Assembly (NCBI GenBank): GCA_963825165.1
Contig: CAWGRY010000006.1
Location: forward strand, 396,220 to 460,219
Reading direction: 5' to 3'
Source of the DNA: an uncultured Bacteroidales bacterium
Lineage (GTDB): Bacteria > Bacteroidota > Bacteroidia > Bacteroidales > VadinHA17
DNA: 64,000 nt
Part shown: positions 63,233 to 64,000 of the stretch, piece by piece
Layout: every line of letters starts with the position of its first letter
Numbering within the stretch: the stretch's first letter is position 1
Notes under the pieces: generated by a model
The model's database searches: none
Told to the model about the DNA's origin: nothing
The model's input: the letters and a program-made list of their open reading frames with translations, nothing else
Made by a program: the position numbers and the translations under genes

Positions 63233-64000
63233 ATGAAAGTACATCACGGCTATAAAAACCTGAGCTTCAGGAATCCGGTGATCACCATGGGTGTCTTTGA
63301 CGGTGTGCATCTTGGTCACAGGATGCTTCTCAGGCGTGTTGTGGAGGAGGCAGAAAAGAGTGGCTCAGATGCTGTCGCAGTCACCTTTGATCCTCATCCT
63401 CGCATCGTTCTGACGGGTGAACCGTCACGGCTGCGCTTTCTTACCGACATTGAAGAGCGCATTTGTCTCCTCCGTGAAACAGGCATAGGTCATCTTGTGA
63501 TCATCCCCTTTACGCCTGAGCTGAGCCGTATGACCGCATCGGAGTTTATTGATGAAATACTATGCCGTCAGCTGGGAGTCAGCCATCTTATTACCGGCTT
63601 CGACCATCATTTCGGCAGAAGGCATGAAGGTGACAGTAATACAATCATTGATAGTTCCTCCCGGATGGATTTCAGGGTAACGAAAGAAGAGGCATTCATT
63701 GTTGACGGCAAACCAGTAAGTTCATCCTCCATCAGAGAGCTGTTGGAGGAGGGAGAGGTCAGAAAAGCATCATCCCTGCTGGGCTATGAGTATTTTTTAA
63801 GGGGTAAGGTTGTCTCCGGGAAAAGGATAGGGAGGAATCTCGGTTTTCCCACGGCAAACATTGAGCCTCTGTTCGCTTACAAGCTTATACCATCTTACGG
63901 AGTTTATGCCGTCGAGGCTGAGGTGGAGGGCGATGAACAGAAGCATATTGCCATGCTCAATATCGGCATTAATCCTACTATTGCCGGGAACGACGGGAAG
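63233..64000 (+). CDS. ribF: bifunctional riboflavin kinase / FMN adenylyltransferase, first 256 codons (continues beyond the right edge)
   Basis: Hand translation gives MKVHHGYKNLSFRNPVITMGVFDGVHLGHRMLL...ITGFDHHFG...VVSGKRIGRNLGFPTANIEP. The frame is open to the window end. Confidence 0.9.
   Translation, partial: MKVHHGYKNLSFRNPVITMGVFDGVHLGHRMLLRRVVEEAEKSGSDAVAVTFDPHPRIVLTGEPSRLRFLTDIEERICLLRETGIGHLVIIPFTPELSRMTASEFIDEILCRQLGVSHLITGFDHHFGRRHEGDSNTIIDSSSRMDFRVTKEEAFIVDGKPVSSSSIRELLEEGEVRKASSLLGYEYFLRGKVVSGKRIGRNLGFPTANIEPLFAYKLIPSYGVYAVEAEVEGDEQKHIAMLNIGINPTIAGNDGK

Overview
This is a 64-kb chromosomal window from a Bacteroidota-type genome. The supporting signs are Cys-lipobox lipoproteins, CarboxypepD_reg-type TonB-dependent receptors, TAnnTTTG-like -7 boxes, tightly coupled operons with ATGA overlaps, and roughly 50-57% GC in the core genes. 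I call about 57 protein-coding genes. I saw no rRNA, tRNA, CRISPR array, integrase or transposase.

Gene content, left to right:
- the mutL 5' end, preceded by a small repeat-containing membrane protein gene
- a flavodoxin-like gene and a lipocalin-like lipoprotein gene
- a beta-lactamase-fold serine hydrolase broken by a 1-nt frameshift
- a lower-GC accessory stretch (about 3.7-11.5 kb). It holds two divergent repeat-rich surface lipoproteins, then an HTH gene, a glycine-zipper lipoprotein and a string of tiny membrane-protein genes with internal paralogy
- Na+-translocating decarboxylase beta and gamma-like subunits
- a TonB-dependent receptor (TBDR) plus DUF4249-like lipoprotein pair
- a membrane protein, winged-HTH and CreD operon, with a conserved palindrome in front of two of its genes
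- a GlpD-like, AGPS-like FAD oxidase and FGGY kinase cluster
- an endonuclease/exonuclease/phosphatase (EEP) family hydrolase, the lipocalin Blc and a GH3 glycosidase
- a YbhGFSR-like exporter operon: TetR, TolC, HlyD, two ATPases and two ABC-2 permeases
- an MBL-fold hydrolase, a membrane protein plus XRE pair, pirin, YifB/ComM, a tandem SiaB-like protein, LpxH and two TlpA-like lipoproteins
- a eukaryote-style glycogen cluster: GDE, GT4, a GH57 with a Lys-rich tail, a 1407-aa GT3-GT35 fusion and a GH13 branching enzyme
- a second TBDR operon containing a diverged 1.2-kb tandem duplication of its DUF4249-like gene, with a chimeric junction remnant
- the ribF 5' part

The most promising candidates for uncharacterised biology are:
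- the low-GC HTH / glycine-zipper lipoprotein / small 2-TM protein block at 7.2-11.6 kb
- the STN-TBDR / DUF4249 x2 / 787-aa secreted protein operon at 55-63 kb

All functional calls come from reading the translated sequences and from family motifs recalled from memory. No database search was run.
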